Shown: positions 17,847-27,136 of the stretch, piece by piece
Numbering within the stretch: position 1 is the first letter of the stretch
Layout: each line of letters starts with the position of its first letter
Origin: Minisyncoccota bacterium
Lineage (GTDB): Bacteria > Patescibacteriota > Minisyncoccia > Phycocordibacterales > Phycocordibacteraceae
Direction of reading: 5' to 3'
DNA: 64,000 bases
NCBI GenBank assembly: GCA_041664265.1
Contig: JBAYLD010000003.1
Location: 7,988 to 71,987, forward strand
The notes under the pieces: generated by a model
Told to the model about the DNA's origin: nothing
Seen by the model: the letters and a program-made list of their open reading frames with translations, nothing else
The model's database searches: none
Position numbers and translations under genes: made by a program

Positions 17847-19300
17847 GCAGCGACGACGAACAGGAACGGGAAACGTTCGATCATAAATGCAGAAAAAGGT
17901 AGTGCGGAGCTCTTTTCTGCGACAAAGATGAAATAACGCATAAGGACGAACACAGGAGCCCCCGCTATGGTGGCGATAATCGGGACGAGCGGTCCTATCG
18001 TCATCCCGACGACGCCAGCGATTGCCGCCGAAGCCATAGCGATTGGTACCAGAGGATTAACGAGAAGGTTCGCCGGCAGGGCGACGAGCGAGAAGAGCCC
18101 GATGTTGTAGAGGAGGAGCGGCAGCACTGAAATTTGTGCTGCGAGCGTTGTCGCTACCGCGTTTTTCAAAAAGCCATGTTTGGACTTCGTAACTTCATCT
18201 GATGAGTGATTTACGAAGTCCCAGAGTCTCTCAATGATCGGCGAGAGCCAGATGATGCCGGCCGTCGCGGCGACGGAGAGGCCGAAGCCGGGGTCAAAAA
18301 CGAGATAGAGAGGATTCCAAAGGAGCATGAGCAGGATCGCGAAGAGCAGCGCACGGCTGGCGTAATAAGAGCGGCCGGTCGCGCGCGCATAGAGCGCGAT
18401 CACCGCCATAATCGCGGCGCGCACGGCAGTCGCCGAGATGCCGGCGACTCCGACAAAGAGGAGGAGCGCCGCCCCGCCGGCGAAGAATTGGAGCCGCCGC
18501 GGCAGCCGGAGAAGCGCGAAGAAAATCATCACCCACTCGGCCACGATCATGACGTTGTATCCCGAGAGCACGATGATCTGCACGAGCCCCGAGCGCGTGA
18601 AGGCGTCGGTGAGCGTAGTGCCGAGTCCCGCCTTCCCTCCTATGACGATGCCGCCCGCCAGCGCACTGTCTGGCTTGGGCAATGCGCGATTGAGCCCGTC
18701 TAAAAAGGCGTGCTTCACACGCGTGAGCGCTGCGGGGATTGAATACCACGGCGCTGCCTCCTCGGTGTGTATCGATCCAAATTGGATGAGGAATCGGATG
18801 TTCCGAGCCTGCAGATATTTATCATAGCGGAAGGTGCGGCCGCCATCGGTCTCAAATGCTTCCGGCAGGGAGAGCGTCCCATACACCCGCACCCGATCGC
18901 CGACCTTCACGTCGGCCGAGAGCGGCATCACTGCTAACATGCCGGTCACATCTTCTCCATTCCGTATCTCCAATGCGATGCGCTGATTCTTCTCGCGCAC
19001 ATCGGGATCGCCGACCACAACTCCGGTGTAAGACACTCGGTGTTTGACATCACGCATGAACGCGTCAGGCGCGGGCGTGTCCACGATCGCTGCACGCAGC
19101 ATCCCGAACGCGATGAACAAACAAAAAGCCGCGCCGAGTGTGTACGCTCGGCGCGGCTTCAAAAAACTCGCGGCACCAAAGATCGCCGCGATGATAAGTA
19201 TAAAAATAATCGGAGACCAACCAAAAATAAAAAGCGAGCGGAGAAATACCCCACTCGCGAATCCCATGACAATTGCAATTAGGATTTCCATGCTGCTCAA
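17750..19300 (-). CDS. comEC: ComEC/Rec2 family DNA internalisation competence protein (no C-terminal metallo-beta-lactamase domain)
   Basis: N-terminal OB/DUF4131-like region then multi-TM competence domain; 516 aa; 3' end overlaps sod gene convergently. Confidence 0.85.
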   Translation of the reverse strand: MSSMEILIAIVMGFASGVFLRSLFIFGWSPIIFILIIAAIFGAASFLKPRRAYTLGAAFCLFIAFGMLRAAIVDTPAPDAFMRDVKHRVSYTGVVVGDPDVREKNQRIALEIRNGEDVTGMLAVMPLSADVKVGDRVRVYGTLSLPEAFETDGGRTFRYDKYLQARNIRFLIQFGSIHTEEAAPWYSIPAALTRVKHAFLDGLNRALPKPDSALAGGIVIGGKAGLGTTLTDAFTRSGLVQIIVLSGYNVMIVAEWVMIFFALLRLPRRLQFFAGGAALLLFVGVAGISATAVRAAIMAVIALYARATGRSYYASRALLFAILLMLLWNPLYLVFDPGFGLSVAATAGIIWLSPIIERLWDFVNHSSDEVTKSKHGFLKNAVATTLAAQISVLPLLLYNIGLFSLVALPANLLVNPLVPIAMASAAIAGVVGMTIGPLVPIIATIAGAPVFVLMRYFIFVAEKSSALPFSAFMIERFPFLFVVAAYAALIFSLRRLAESKRLSITPQLTLAKKASI

Positions 19301-19725
19301 GCAACGAGGCTAACCTTTTTAAGAAATGCCGGGAGGAACAGTTTGTGTCCGAAAAAGATATCGTCGGGCGGGGTTTCGAGATCAAACCATCGCCACTCCG
19401 CGAACGCTTCAGGTTCTGTTACTCTCGGCTCCCCTTCCCACTTCTTCGCCAAAAAATTGATGTGGATATAGTGGGAATCCTTTTCCGGTTCGGGCTCGTT
19501 GATGAGCTGGATGAATTCAAGATCCTCCTCCTTTACCTTGATGCCCGTTTCTTCTTCAAGTTCTCGAGCGGCTCCGCCGGTTAATGATTCGCCGAACTCG
19601 AACTTCCCGCCGGGTAGACACCATCCGCTCGTCTTGCCGATGCGGTTGCCCCACAAGAGCTTTCCGTTTTCGATAACAAAAACATTCACACCTATTCGCA
19701 CTATGTGTTCGTTCATGTCGCTCAT
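19297..19725 (-). CDS. NUDIX hydrolase
   Basis: Nudix box GGKFEFGESLTGGAARELEEETGI. Confidence 0.85.
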   Translation of the reverse strand: MSDMNEHIVRIGVNVFVIENGKLLWGNRIGKTSGWCLPGGKFEFGESLTGGAARELEEETGIKVKEEDLEFIQLINEPEPEKDSHYIHINFLAKKWEGEPRVTEPEAFAEWRWFDLETPPDDIFFGHKLFLPAFLKKVSLVA

Positions 19726-19869
19726 GATACCCTCCTCTATGATGAATTAACTAATCCGTGGCTGAATATAGAAGTTAATAGTCGCAAAGTCAAACTTGAT
19801 CTAAAAACACCCCACTCGCGAATTCAGAAACGATGGAGACAAGAACGTGCATTGTTTCTTGGATCTCAA

Positions 19870-20331
19870 TTATTTGGGCGTAGCATCAATCGAAAAGTGG
19901 AGGTATTTCCTAAAAAGCTTTCGAAGATCTTCATTTTGACTCGCTATCCATTCCTCAAGATCTGCAGCCTCTTGTGCGAGCCCCGCTAGTATTTTCTCAT
20001 CCGCCACTCCTCTTTTGAACTTATCATGAAGTTGCTTTAGCCGAACACATTTATCGATGACTTTCTGCCTATATTCAGAAACTTCTTTACCAAATAAAAA
20101 TTCAGCATCCGCTGTATTCCATATGAGTTTAGAGAGTTCGTCGCTCTTGATATCAGCCAGTAGTGAAAAGCTGGTGAAAAACGATCTGAATCCTTCGAAT
20201 ACCTTATAACGTCGGTCGAATAAATCTAAGCGCAATTTATCTTTGTTTATATAAAACCCAGCCTCGTTTATTCGATAATTCTGCCAAGCGATACAGGCCA
20301 AAAGTATCGCAATGATAATTTGTATATCCAT
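19870..20331 (-). CDS. Hypothetical membrane-anchored protein in AT-rich islet
   Basis: N-terminal TM, Lys/Asp/Phe-rich, local GC clearly below window average. Confidence 0.5.
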   Translation of the reverse strand: MDIQIIIAILLACIAWQNYRINEAGFYINKDKLRLDLFDRRYKVFEGFRSFFTSFSLLADIKSDELSKLIWNTADAEFLFGKEVSEYRQKVIDKCVRLKQLHDKFKRGVADEKILAGLAQEAADLEEWIASQNEDLRKLFRKYLHFSIDATPK

Positions 20332-20339
20332 GATTTAAA

Positions 20340-20759
20340 TCATACGTCGCGATCCATTGCCTCATTCGCGAGAGCATCGGCGTCGGAGTTCTGCTCGCGC
20401 GGGACGTGCGTAAACGAGACTTTGCCGAATGGCGCCATGGCGCCCTTGAGGCGCGCGCACTGCTCTTTGAGCGTCTCGTTCTTAACCTTATATTCGCCAC
20501 GCATCTGCTTGACCACCAGCTCGCTGTCCATCTTTACTACTACCTCTGTACTCCCCTGCTTTGAAGCCGGAACAAGTTTTTCTAGTTCGCCAAAAGCGAG
20601 AATCACCGCTTCATACTCCGCGAAGTTGTTGGTGCGGATACCGAGAAACCGCGAGACATTCGCGACCGAGTTGCCCAGCTCGTCGCGGATCATCGCGCCC
20701 GCGCCCGCAGGCCCCGGGTTCCCGCGCGATCCGCCGTCGGCATGGATAGTGAAATGCAT
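20340..20759 (-). CDS. rnhA: Ribonuclease HI
   Basis: MHFTIHADGGSRGNPGPAGAGA start, DEDD catalytic residues; start at second Met of ORF 20340-20843. Confidence 0.85.
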   Translation of the reverse strand: MHFTIHADGGSRGNPGPAGAGAMIRDELGNSVANVSRFLGIRTNNFAEYEAVILAFGELEKLVPASKQGSTEVVVKMDSELVVKQMRGEYKVKNETLKEQCARLKGAMAPFGKVSFTHVPREQNSDADALANEAMDRDV

Positions 20760-20884
20760 ACGAGCACTATAACGTATCAGCGATTGTGGAGCGAGGTGAC
20801 TCCTCACGGAGGGAGGTGTCTCCTCGCTCTGAGCGTGGAACATAAGGAGTCACCTTCCTCCGCTTCGCTCCGTAAGGAAACACC

Positions 20885-22612
20885 TTATGTCACTTTGATA
20901 TCCAAAAGTCGCAGGCGGACGGGAGCGCCGCGGCTGAACGTATCTCGCTCGAGGTGTACCAGTAGGCTCGCGCGACTAGGTGACCCAAGTTTCTCTACTG
21001 TGCGTGCGAGCGCGCCTTTTACAAAAAAAGTTACGGCATCAATACTCTCGTTTGAGTCAGGAGCATCTATCTTCAATTTCAAATGTTCGTGCGCCTTCCC
21101 GAAGCGTGAAATCTCCCGTACCGAGACATCACGCAACAAGAACACCGGCTTCGGGTTCTGCTGGCCGAAGGGAGAGAGTTGTTCGATCTTTTTTAAAAAT
21201 GATTCAGTCGCCTCTTCGGGTGTGATCACTGCGTCAGCGTGCATCTCGAGTGTGTCGACCGGTTCTGTCTCTGCAGCGATGCGTGCGAGGGTGTTCACGA
21301 GATTGTCCTCGAGAAAGAAGATCGCGTCATCTCGCACGGTGAAACCGCCCGCTGCCGCATGGCCACCGTATTGTGTGAAGGTCTCTTCAGTCGCGCGCAT
21401 GAGTTCAAGCGCGTGGACGCTGCCACCGCTTCGCACCGACCCCTTGATGCTCCCATTCCCTTCTCTCCCCCAGAGAAACACCGGACGCTCATATTCGTCG
21501 GCGATGCCACCGGCGACAAGCCCTAAGAGCGCGGGGCGCCACTGCGGGTCTCCGAGCGCGATTACGCTCCGCATCTCGCCGCGCTCTTTGATCCGCGCGT
21601 GCACTGCGCGCGTGAGCGCGCCCGCCTCCGCCTTCCGGCTTCGATTCGCTTTTTCTAATTTGTTCGCGAGCAACTCAGCTTCATTTTCATCGTTGGTGGT
21701 GAAGAGGCGGAGCGCGTCGCGCGCGTCGCCCATGCGGCTTGCGGCGTTGACACGCGGGGCGATCATAAAGCCGATGTCGTCTTCGGTGATTGTGCGTTGG
21801 TTCACGCGGATCACGCGGCACAATTTCTGCAGGCCGAGGCGCGGCGACTTGCGAAGCACCATGAGGCCGTAGGTTGCGAGTACGCGGTTCTCACCGACGA
21901 GCGGGACCATATCTGCGATGGTCGCGAGCCCCACCATATCAAGAAGCCACTTCTCCCACCCCAGCGGAACTTTTTCTCGGAGCATCGGTTCTGCAGCGAG
22001 TGTCGCGCAAACCAATTTCCACGCGACGCCCGCGCCGCAAAGCTCGTGGAATGGATATGACTCGTCGGCGCGCGCGTTCGGATTGACGATAGCGAATGCA
22101 TCGGGTAATTCTTCGCCGGGCATATGGTGATCGGTGACGATAACTTCCATCCCCAATTCTTTTGCACGCGCGATCGGCTCGGCATCGGTGATGCCGGAGT
22201 CCACGGTGACGACCAGTTTCACTTCGCTCTTTGCGAGAGCTTCAATGCCGCCGACATTCATCCCGAATCCTTCATCGTGCCGATGCGGAATATAATTTTC
22301 AAAATTCGCCCCGACTTTTTTTAAGAAGTCATGCAAGATTACGGCACCTGGGATACCATCGCAGTCATAGTCGCTCCATATCGCAATTTTTTCTCCCGAG
22401 AGAATCGCAGCAGCAAGTCGCCGTGCTGCCTTCTCCATACCAAGCATCAAGAGCGGATCATGCAAATGTAAATCATATGAGGGATTCAAGAAAATCTCGG
22501 CATCTTCTTTGGTCGTGACTCCGCGGCGCGCGAGGAGCGCGGCGGTGAGGTCGTCATAGGCGGCGAGCTCTTCGCGCACCGGATCAGCCAAAGGCTCATG
22601 GAGTGGAAACAT
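20885..22612 (-). CDS. recJ: Single-stranded-DNA-specific exonuclease RecJ
   Basis: DHH motifs (DYDCDG, VTDHH), DHHA1 region, 575 aa. Confidence 0.9.
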   Translation of the reverse strand: MFPLHEPLADPVREELAAYDDLTAALLARRGVTTKEDAEIFLNPSYDLHLHDPLLMLGMEKAARRLAAAILSGEKIAIWSDYDCDGIPGAVILHDFLKKVGANFENYIPHRHDEGFGMNVGGIEALAKSEVKLVVTVDSGITDAEPIARAKELGMEVIVTDHHMPGEELPDAFAIVNPNARADESYPFHELCGAGVAWKLVCATLAAEPMLREKVPLGWEKWLLDMVGLATIADMVPLVGENRVLATYGLMVLRKSPRLGLQKLCRVIRVNQRTITEDDIGFMIAPRVNAASRMGDARDALRLFTTNDENEAELLANKLEKANRSRKAEAGALTRAVHARIKERGEMRSVIALGDPQWRPALLGLVAGGIADEYERPVFLWGREGNGSIKGSVRSGGSVHALELMRATEETFTQYGGHAAAGGFTVRDDAIFFLEDNLVNTLARIAAETEPVDTLEMHADAVITPEEATESFLKKIEQLSPFGQQNPKPVFLLRDVSVREISRFGKAHEHLKLKIDAPDSNESIDAVTFFVKGALARTVEKLGSPSRASLLVHLERDTFSRGAPVRLRLLDIKVT

Positions 22613-22636
22613 AAAGACCTATTGTATACTGCCCTG

Positions 22637-22969
22637 ATGGAAGATTGTATTTTTTGCAAAATCGCCTCAGGAGAGATCCCCTCGCGGAAAGTGGATCACG
22701 AAGGCAATACCGTCGTCTCATTTCTGGATATCAACCAAAAGGTGCCCGGCCATACGCTCGTTATCCCGGTCGAGCATCACCGCTGGTTTGACGAATTGCC
22801 TGATGAACTCGCAACCAAGCTTTTTCGCGCTGCGCGACTGGTCGCGCAAGAGTTGAAAGAAAGAACGAACGCTGATTACATCCAGCTTACGATCCTTGGT
22901 ACCGATATTTCGCACGTACACCTGCACCTCCTCCCGCGCTTCTTTAAAGACAAACCGCCCAAGGTTTAA
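22637..22969 (+). CDS. HIT family (histidine triad) protein
   Basis: CIFCKI start, HVHLHLLPR triad motif. Confidence 0.85.
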   Translation: MEDCIFCKIASGEIPSRKVDHEGNTVVSFLDINQKVPGHTLVIPVEHHRWFDELPDELATKLFRAARLVAQELKERTNADYIQLTILGTDISHVHLHLLPRFFKDKPPKV

Positions 22970-24042
22970 CGCAACACCTCAATCCCCGGCAGGGTGCCGC
23001 GGGCGAGGAAGTCGAGCATCGCGCCGCCGCCGGTCGAGACAAACGAAAATTGCGAGAGAAGTCCGAGACTCTCGATCGCGGCGATGGTGTCTCCCCCGCC
23101 GATGATCGAATGAGCTCTTGAGGCGGCGACTGCGCGCGCGAAGGCGATCGTTGCGGCAGTAAATCCTTCTTCATATTTTCCCAACGGCCCGTTCCAGAGG
23201 ATCGTCTTTGCGTGTGTCGCGAGATCGGCGAGAAGCGCCGAGGTGCCCGAGCCGGCGTCAAGAATCACGTCATCTTTTATGACCGAATCAATCGGCAGCA
23301 CGAGTTTCGGACTGGCAAGAATTTTTTTGATCGCGTTGGGATCAGCACTTGAGAAAATCGACTTCCCCACGTCTCGCCCCGATGCCTTTAAAAAGTCGTT
23401 TGCGAGTGCCCCACCGACACATACATGATCGTATATTTCAAGAAGAGCGGTGAGCACCGGCTCCTTCGTACTAAACTTCGATCCGCCGATAACCGCGAGC
23501 GCAGGATGTCTGGGCGTGCGTGCCTGCGAGAGTTCCCGCACCTCCTCTTCAAGAAGCATACCCGCATACGAAGGCAGAAGTTTTGGGATGCCGACGATCG
23601 AAGCATGCGCGCGATGACAGGTGTCAAATGAATCTTCGACAAAGATGTCGGCAAGCGCAGCAAGCTCGCGCGCGAACGCAGGATCATTTTCTTGTTCGCC
23701 CTTGTTGCGGCGCAGATTTTCAAGAACGAGAATGTGGCCGGGAGCGAGTCCGCGGATCGCGGCGCGGACTCGCTCACCGACAGTCTCCGGGTAAAAGGAA
23801 ACACCCGGGAGCAGTTTCCCCAAAACGTCGGCAGCAGGGCGGAGAGTCTCAGTCCCCTTCTCTCCTGTGTGGCTGATAAGAATGACCCGTGCGCCACGCT
23901 CGGCGAGAAATCGAATAGTTGGCAAAGCTTGTTGCAAACGATATGCACTCGCCACTTCCCCGTTCTTGATGGGAACATTCAGCGCAGCGCGTACGAGTAT
24001 CGGGATATTCTCGAAGAGCCGTATGTCGCGGACGCTTCGCAT
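22966..24042 (-). CDS. pgk: Phosphoglycerate kinase
   Basis: Conserved PGK N- and C-domain motifs (NGPLGKYE, IIGGGDT), 358 aa. Confidence 0.95.
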   Translation of the reverse strand: MRSVRDIRLFENIPILVRAALNVPIKNGEVASAYRLQQALPTIRFLAERGARVILISHTGEKGTETLRPAADVLGKLLPGVSFYPETVGERVRAAIRGLAPGHILVLENLRRNKGEQENDPAFARELAALADIFVEDSFDTCHRAHASIVGIPKLLPSYAGMLLEEEVRELSQARTPRHPALAVIGGSKFSTKEPVLTALLEIYDHVCVGGALANDFLKASGRDVGKSIFSSADPNAIKKILASPKLVLPIDSVIKDDVILDAGSGTSALLADLATHAKTILWNGPLGKYEEGFTAATIAFARAVAASRAHSIIGGGDTIAAIESLGLLSQFSFVSTGGGAMLDFLARGTLPGIEVLR

Positions 24043-24043
24043 G

Positions 24044-24787
24044 CTACACGAGCTGCTTCACGAGCAGCGTGAATGTGTGCGGGTCGATTGACGCATGCCC
24101 GATTAGAAGGCCGTCGATACCACAGCTTGCTGCCAGATCACGCACGTTGCTCGGCTCAACCGACCCGCCATAGAGAACGAACGATTGGCGAGAACTTGTT
24201 CCGGGGAGCAGTTCTGCCAGTACCTTGCGGATGTAAAGCACCATCTCGGCGAGGTCGTTCGGTCCGATGGCAGCCGATGCGGTCTTACCGATCGCCCACA
24301 ATGGTTCGTAGGCTATGATGACCCTTGGCTTTTCCCGGGGAGTGAGCGACCCGATCGCGGCGGTGATCTGTTCGCGCACGATCGCGAGATAGCGGCCCTC
24401 GCTGTCGCGCTCACGCTCCCCGACACAAAGGATGGGAGTGATCCCGTGGGCGATTGTGTGGGATATTTTCTCAGCGATGATCGCGTCGGTATCGCCTGCG
24501 GCGCGGCGTTCAGAATGGCCGATAAGTGTGTAGGTTGCGCCCGCCGCCGCATACGTTTGCGCCGTTACTTCACCCGTATGCGCGCCGCCTGTGATGCGGG
24601 ATACGTCTTGTGCCGCAAAAGCAACTCGAGACTTATTCCGAAGCGCGAGCGCTCCCAAGAACGGTGCAGGTGGCGCAAGCACGATGTCGCATCCGGTAGT
24701 ACGCGCGAGTTTTTTACCGACCGCAAAAAGCTTCTTTGCTTTTGCAAGATCTTCTACATAGGCCTTCCAGTTCGCGACAATAAGCAT
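24044..24787 (-). CDS. tpiA: Triosephosphate isomerase
   Basis: ANWKAY start, GHSERR, IAYEPLWAIGTG motifs; start at MLIVANWK within ORF 24044-24862. Confidence 0.9.
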   Translation of the reverse strand: MLIVANWKAYVEDLAKAKKLFAVGKKLARTTGCDIVLAPPAPFLGALALRNKSRVAFAAQDVSRITGGAHTGEVTAQTYAAAGATYTLIGHSERRAAGDTDAIIAEKISHTIAHGITPILCVGERERDSEGRYLAIVREQITAAIGSLTPREKPRVIIAYEPLWAIGKTASAAIGPNDLAEMVLYIRKVLAELLPGTSSRQSFVLYGGSVEPSNVRDLAASCGIDGLLIGHASIDPHTFTLLVKQLV

Positions 24788-24822
24788 GTACCTAATGATA
24801 GCAGGTCGTACGCTCACTCGGG

Positions 24823-26094
24823 CTAATCCGAAATAGAGTAGGTGCGTGGCACCACTGCCCACGACCCCCCTGGTCCGCTCGAGAACGCTTGGTTCTGGAG
24901 ACCGCTCATGTAGGTAATGACCGCATTATTACTGAGCGAAAGTCCGTATGCGGTAATCTGATTCGCTCCGGCATTATTTGCGACAGTAATGGTGCCACGC
25001 GATGCATAGAGAATGATACTGTCGACGTTATTGCTCAATGTGATAGCTGTCGAGCCAGTACGCGTACTGATAATCATAGGGTAGCTCCCCGCGGTACCGT
25101 TACCTGAGGCGTCCATATTGTTCGCGAGCGTGACGATACCCTTCGTCGCTTCGCTACCCGGGGCGTCGGCGATAAGGATGGCGCCCCCATTGCCGGTAAT
25201 CGGAGAGACAGTAAGCTTCGCATTATTCCCGAACGTTATATTGCCTCTCACCCACACGATGCCGCTTAATAGCAGTGTGCCGTTTACGACAAGATCTCCT
25301 TGTATCTCTGCGGGACCAAATGTCTGAGAACCGTTCAAGGTGTAGTTTCCATTTATGACAGTTCCGGCGGCGGCGATTGCCTCCCAGGCATTAATTTGCG
25401 TATCTGAAATAGGCATCGCTTCTGAGGTGGAATCGGTGCTTCCCGGATGTTGTGTTCCGGCCACCGAACAATTCGAGATGGTCTGGTAATAGGCGTCCCC
25501 GCCGACGGTGCAGTTCGAGAGAGAGTGTGCGCGTGCCGTCCCTTGCACGGTGATGCCGCTGATTGTTGTGGTGCTACCGGCGGCGACTGCGTCTCCTGTG
25601 ATAACGCCGCTCCCGCTGATGGGGCCGTCCGTATAGAGATTGCCTTCTATGCGAGCGTTATTGCTCATGATGAGGCCACCCGCGCCGACTTGTGCGCCAT
25701 AGCGGAAAGAGACTACGGTGGTATTTATATTGGCGAGGACCGTTACAGTTTTAGTCGCGCGAGAGTTTTCTGCATCCGGAACGAAGCCGGTGGCCGTAAT
25801 CTGTTTGGTATTGGTATTTACGTTTGATACGACGACCGTGTAGGTTCCCGCGCCAAGCGGCGTATCCGCCTCTCCCGTATAATTCGCGCTGAGGTTCAAT
25901 TGGGATATCGCCGCATCGATTCCTGCTTCTGCGAGTGAGAGTGCCTGCACATTTTCTACATTATAACGCGTGCTTCGCGCCGAGCTCGTTACAAAGTTGA
26001 GGTATGCCGTGGCGATGGTGAATAAGATGCCGAGGAAGACGAGCGATAAGAGGAGTATGTATCCTCGGTGGAGTGTTGGAGTTGGGTGGCGCAT
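24823..26094 (-). CDS. PilX-like type IV pilus minor pilin / tip-associated protein
   Basis: N-terminal hydrophobic helix followed by PilX_N-like SLAEAGIDAAISQL motif; large Gly/Thr/Asn-rich beta-helical-looking C-terminus; last gene of pilus operon. Confidence 0.55.
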   Translation of the reverse strand: MRHPTPTLHRGYILLLSLVFLGILFTIATAYLNFVTSSARSTRYNVENVQALSLAEAGIDAAISQLNLSANYTGEADTPLGAGTYTVVVSNVNTNTKQITATGFVPDAENSRATKTVTVLANINTTVVSFRYGAQVGAGGLIMSNNARIEGNLYTDGPISGSGVITGDAVAAGSTTTISGITVQGTARAHSLSNCTVGGDAYYQTISNCSVAGTQHPGSTDSTSEAMPISDTQINAWEAIAAAGTVINGNYTLNGSQTFGPAEIQGDLVVNGTLLLSGIVWVRGNITFGNNAKLTVSPITGNGGAILIADAPGSEATKGIVTLANNMDASGNGTAGSYPMIISTRTGSTAITLSNNVDSIILYASRGTITVANNAGANQITAYGLSLSNNAVITYMSGLQNQAFSSGPGGSWAVVPRTYSISD

Positions 26095-26102
26095 ACGTTT
26101 GG

Positions 26103-26651
26103 TTAGTGATTGCGCAGTCGCAGCTGCTCTTGCCGATGGTCAGAGAGCGGATGCTGCTTCACCTGCGCTTGCGTTTGCAGATCAATAGTGACCGTGTCTA
26201 CTTGGGTAAAATCGGCGGCGTCATAACTGAATGTTAGCGCGCTCACGGTGGAACTGAGTAGTTTTGTACCAGAAACCCGTCGGCTCAAGGTGTTTGCTTC
26301 AAGAAGCCGGTAAGCATCGGGGCCCTCAGTATAGAACGTCGCGTAATCATACGTGTTTGCAATGACCATGCCGGAACTATCGATAGAAGGGATCTCGATG
26401 ACGAGCGTCGTCGATGATGAGGTGTGTGTCGAACTCGAGAAGGTGTGCGTTTGGAGCACGGCGTCGGCGGGAAGCACGAGCGACCCTGCTTCTCGCATGA
26501 GCATATCCGCCGAGCCGGATGATTGCGCGATGGCTTGCTGATACGACACTGATTCGTTGAAGCTGTAGACCAAAAAACCGAGAGTGAGCAGCATAACGAC
26601 ACTGAGAGCAACGACGATAACCGTTTCAACGAGGGAAAATCCACGAATCAT
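26103..26651 (-). CDS. Prepilin-type N-terminal cleavage/methylation domain protein (minor pilin/pseudopilin)
   Basis: MIRGFSLVETVIVVALSVVML: G-F-S-L-V-E with Glu at +5; start at MIRG inside ORF 26103-26726. Confidence 0.7.
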   Translation of the reverse strand: MIRGFSLVETVIVVALSVVMLLTLGFLVYSFNESVSYQQAIAQSSGSADMLMREAGSLVLPADAVLQTHTFSSSTHTSSSTTLVIEIPSIDSSGMVIANTYDYATFYTEGPDAYRLLEANTLSRRVSGTKLLSSTVSALTFSYDAADFTQVDTVTIDLQTQAQVKQHPLSDHRQEQLRLRNH

Positions 26652-27136
26652 GGGAGTCCGCCAGTCTGAGTGATAAGTGTCGAGAGCGAGACCGTACTTG
26701 ATGCGGCAGAACCCGGGTCTTGCCACACGATGCTCACGACCACTTGTTTTGTTTTGTCATTGAAAGGGCTCACGGTACGCGTCGTGGTCGCCAGGGGGAT
26801 CGTGCTCAAGAGCTCATTTGAAAATGAGCCGCTGGGCGGGAGCGCGTCATAGCCGCCCTCGCGTAAGACCTCAATCTCGTTACGGGCGATAGACAATGCG
26901 ATGCCCTGGCTCTTCGAAATCCTCGCTAGCACGCTGCTCTGCAGTACAGACTGCAACAAGAAGAGGATGACACCCACGATAAAGATTGAGATGACGACTT
27001 CGATGAGCGAGAACCCACGTTTCAGTTGTAAGCACGAAGCACGAAGCACGAAATTCGAAACAAATTTAAAATTTAAAATTTGGAATTTAGGATTTGTTTC
27101 GTGCTTCGGATTTCGGATTTCGGATTTCTGCTTCAT
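26648..27136 (-). CDS. Type IV prepilin-like protein (KRGFSLIEVVIS...) with an unusually long 40-aa repeat-encoded leader if translated from the annotated ATG
   Basis: Class III signal motif RGFSLIEV; ATG overlaps pilC stop (ATGA); alternative in-frame GTG start 30 codons downstream would give a 12-aa leader. Confidence 0.65.
   Translation of the reverse strand: MKQKSEIRNPKHETNPKFQILNFKFVSNFVLRASCLQLKRGFSLIEVVISIFIVGVILFLLQSVLQSSVLARISKSQGIALSIARNEIEVLREGGYDALPPSGSFSNELLSTIPLATTTRTVSPFNDKTKQVVVSIVWQDPGSAASSTVSLSTLITQTGGLP
27032..27128. repeat. Tandem heptanucleotide repeats (GTGCTTC x3 and GAAATCC x3 on coding strand) flanking an AT-rich palindromic core (AAATTTTAAATTTTAAATTT), forming a long imperfect hairpin at the pilC-pilin junction
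   Basis: Read directly: plus strand GCACGAA x3 at 27032-27052, CGGATTT x3 at 27107-27127. Confidence 0.8.

Noticed and set aside
20742-21872. 376-aa plus-strand ORF antisense to recJ
   Set aside because: recJ DHH/DHHA1 motifs on minus strand; antisense ORF is Ser/Arg-rich low complexity.
27032-27128. Possible CRISPR array because of short tandem repeats
   Set aside because: Repeats are 7-nt units in direct tandem without 25-40-nt spacers and no cas genes nearby; they are simple tandem repeats inside a pilin leader.
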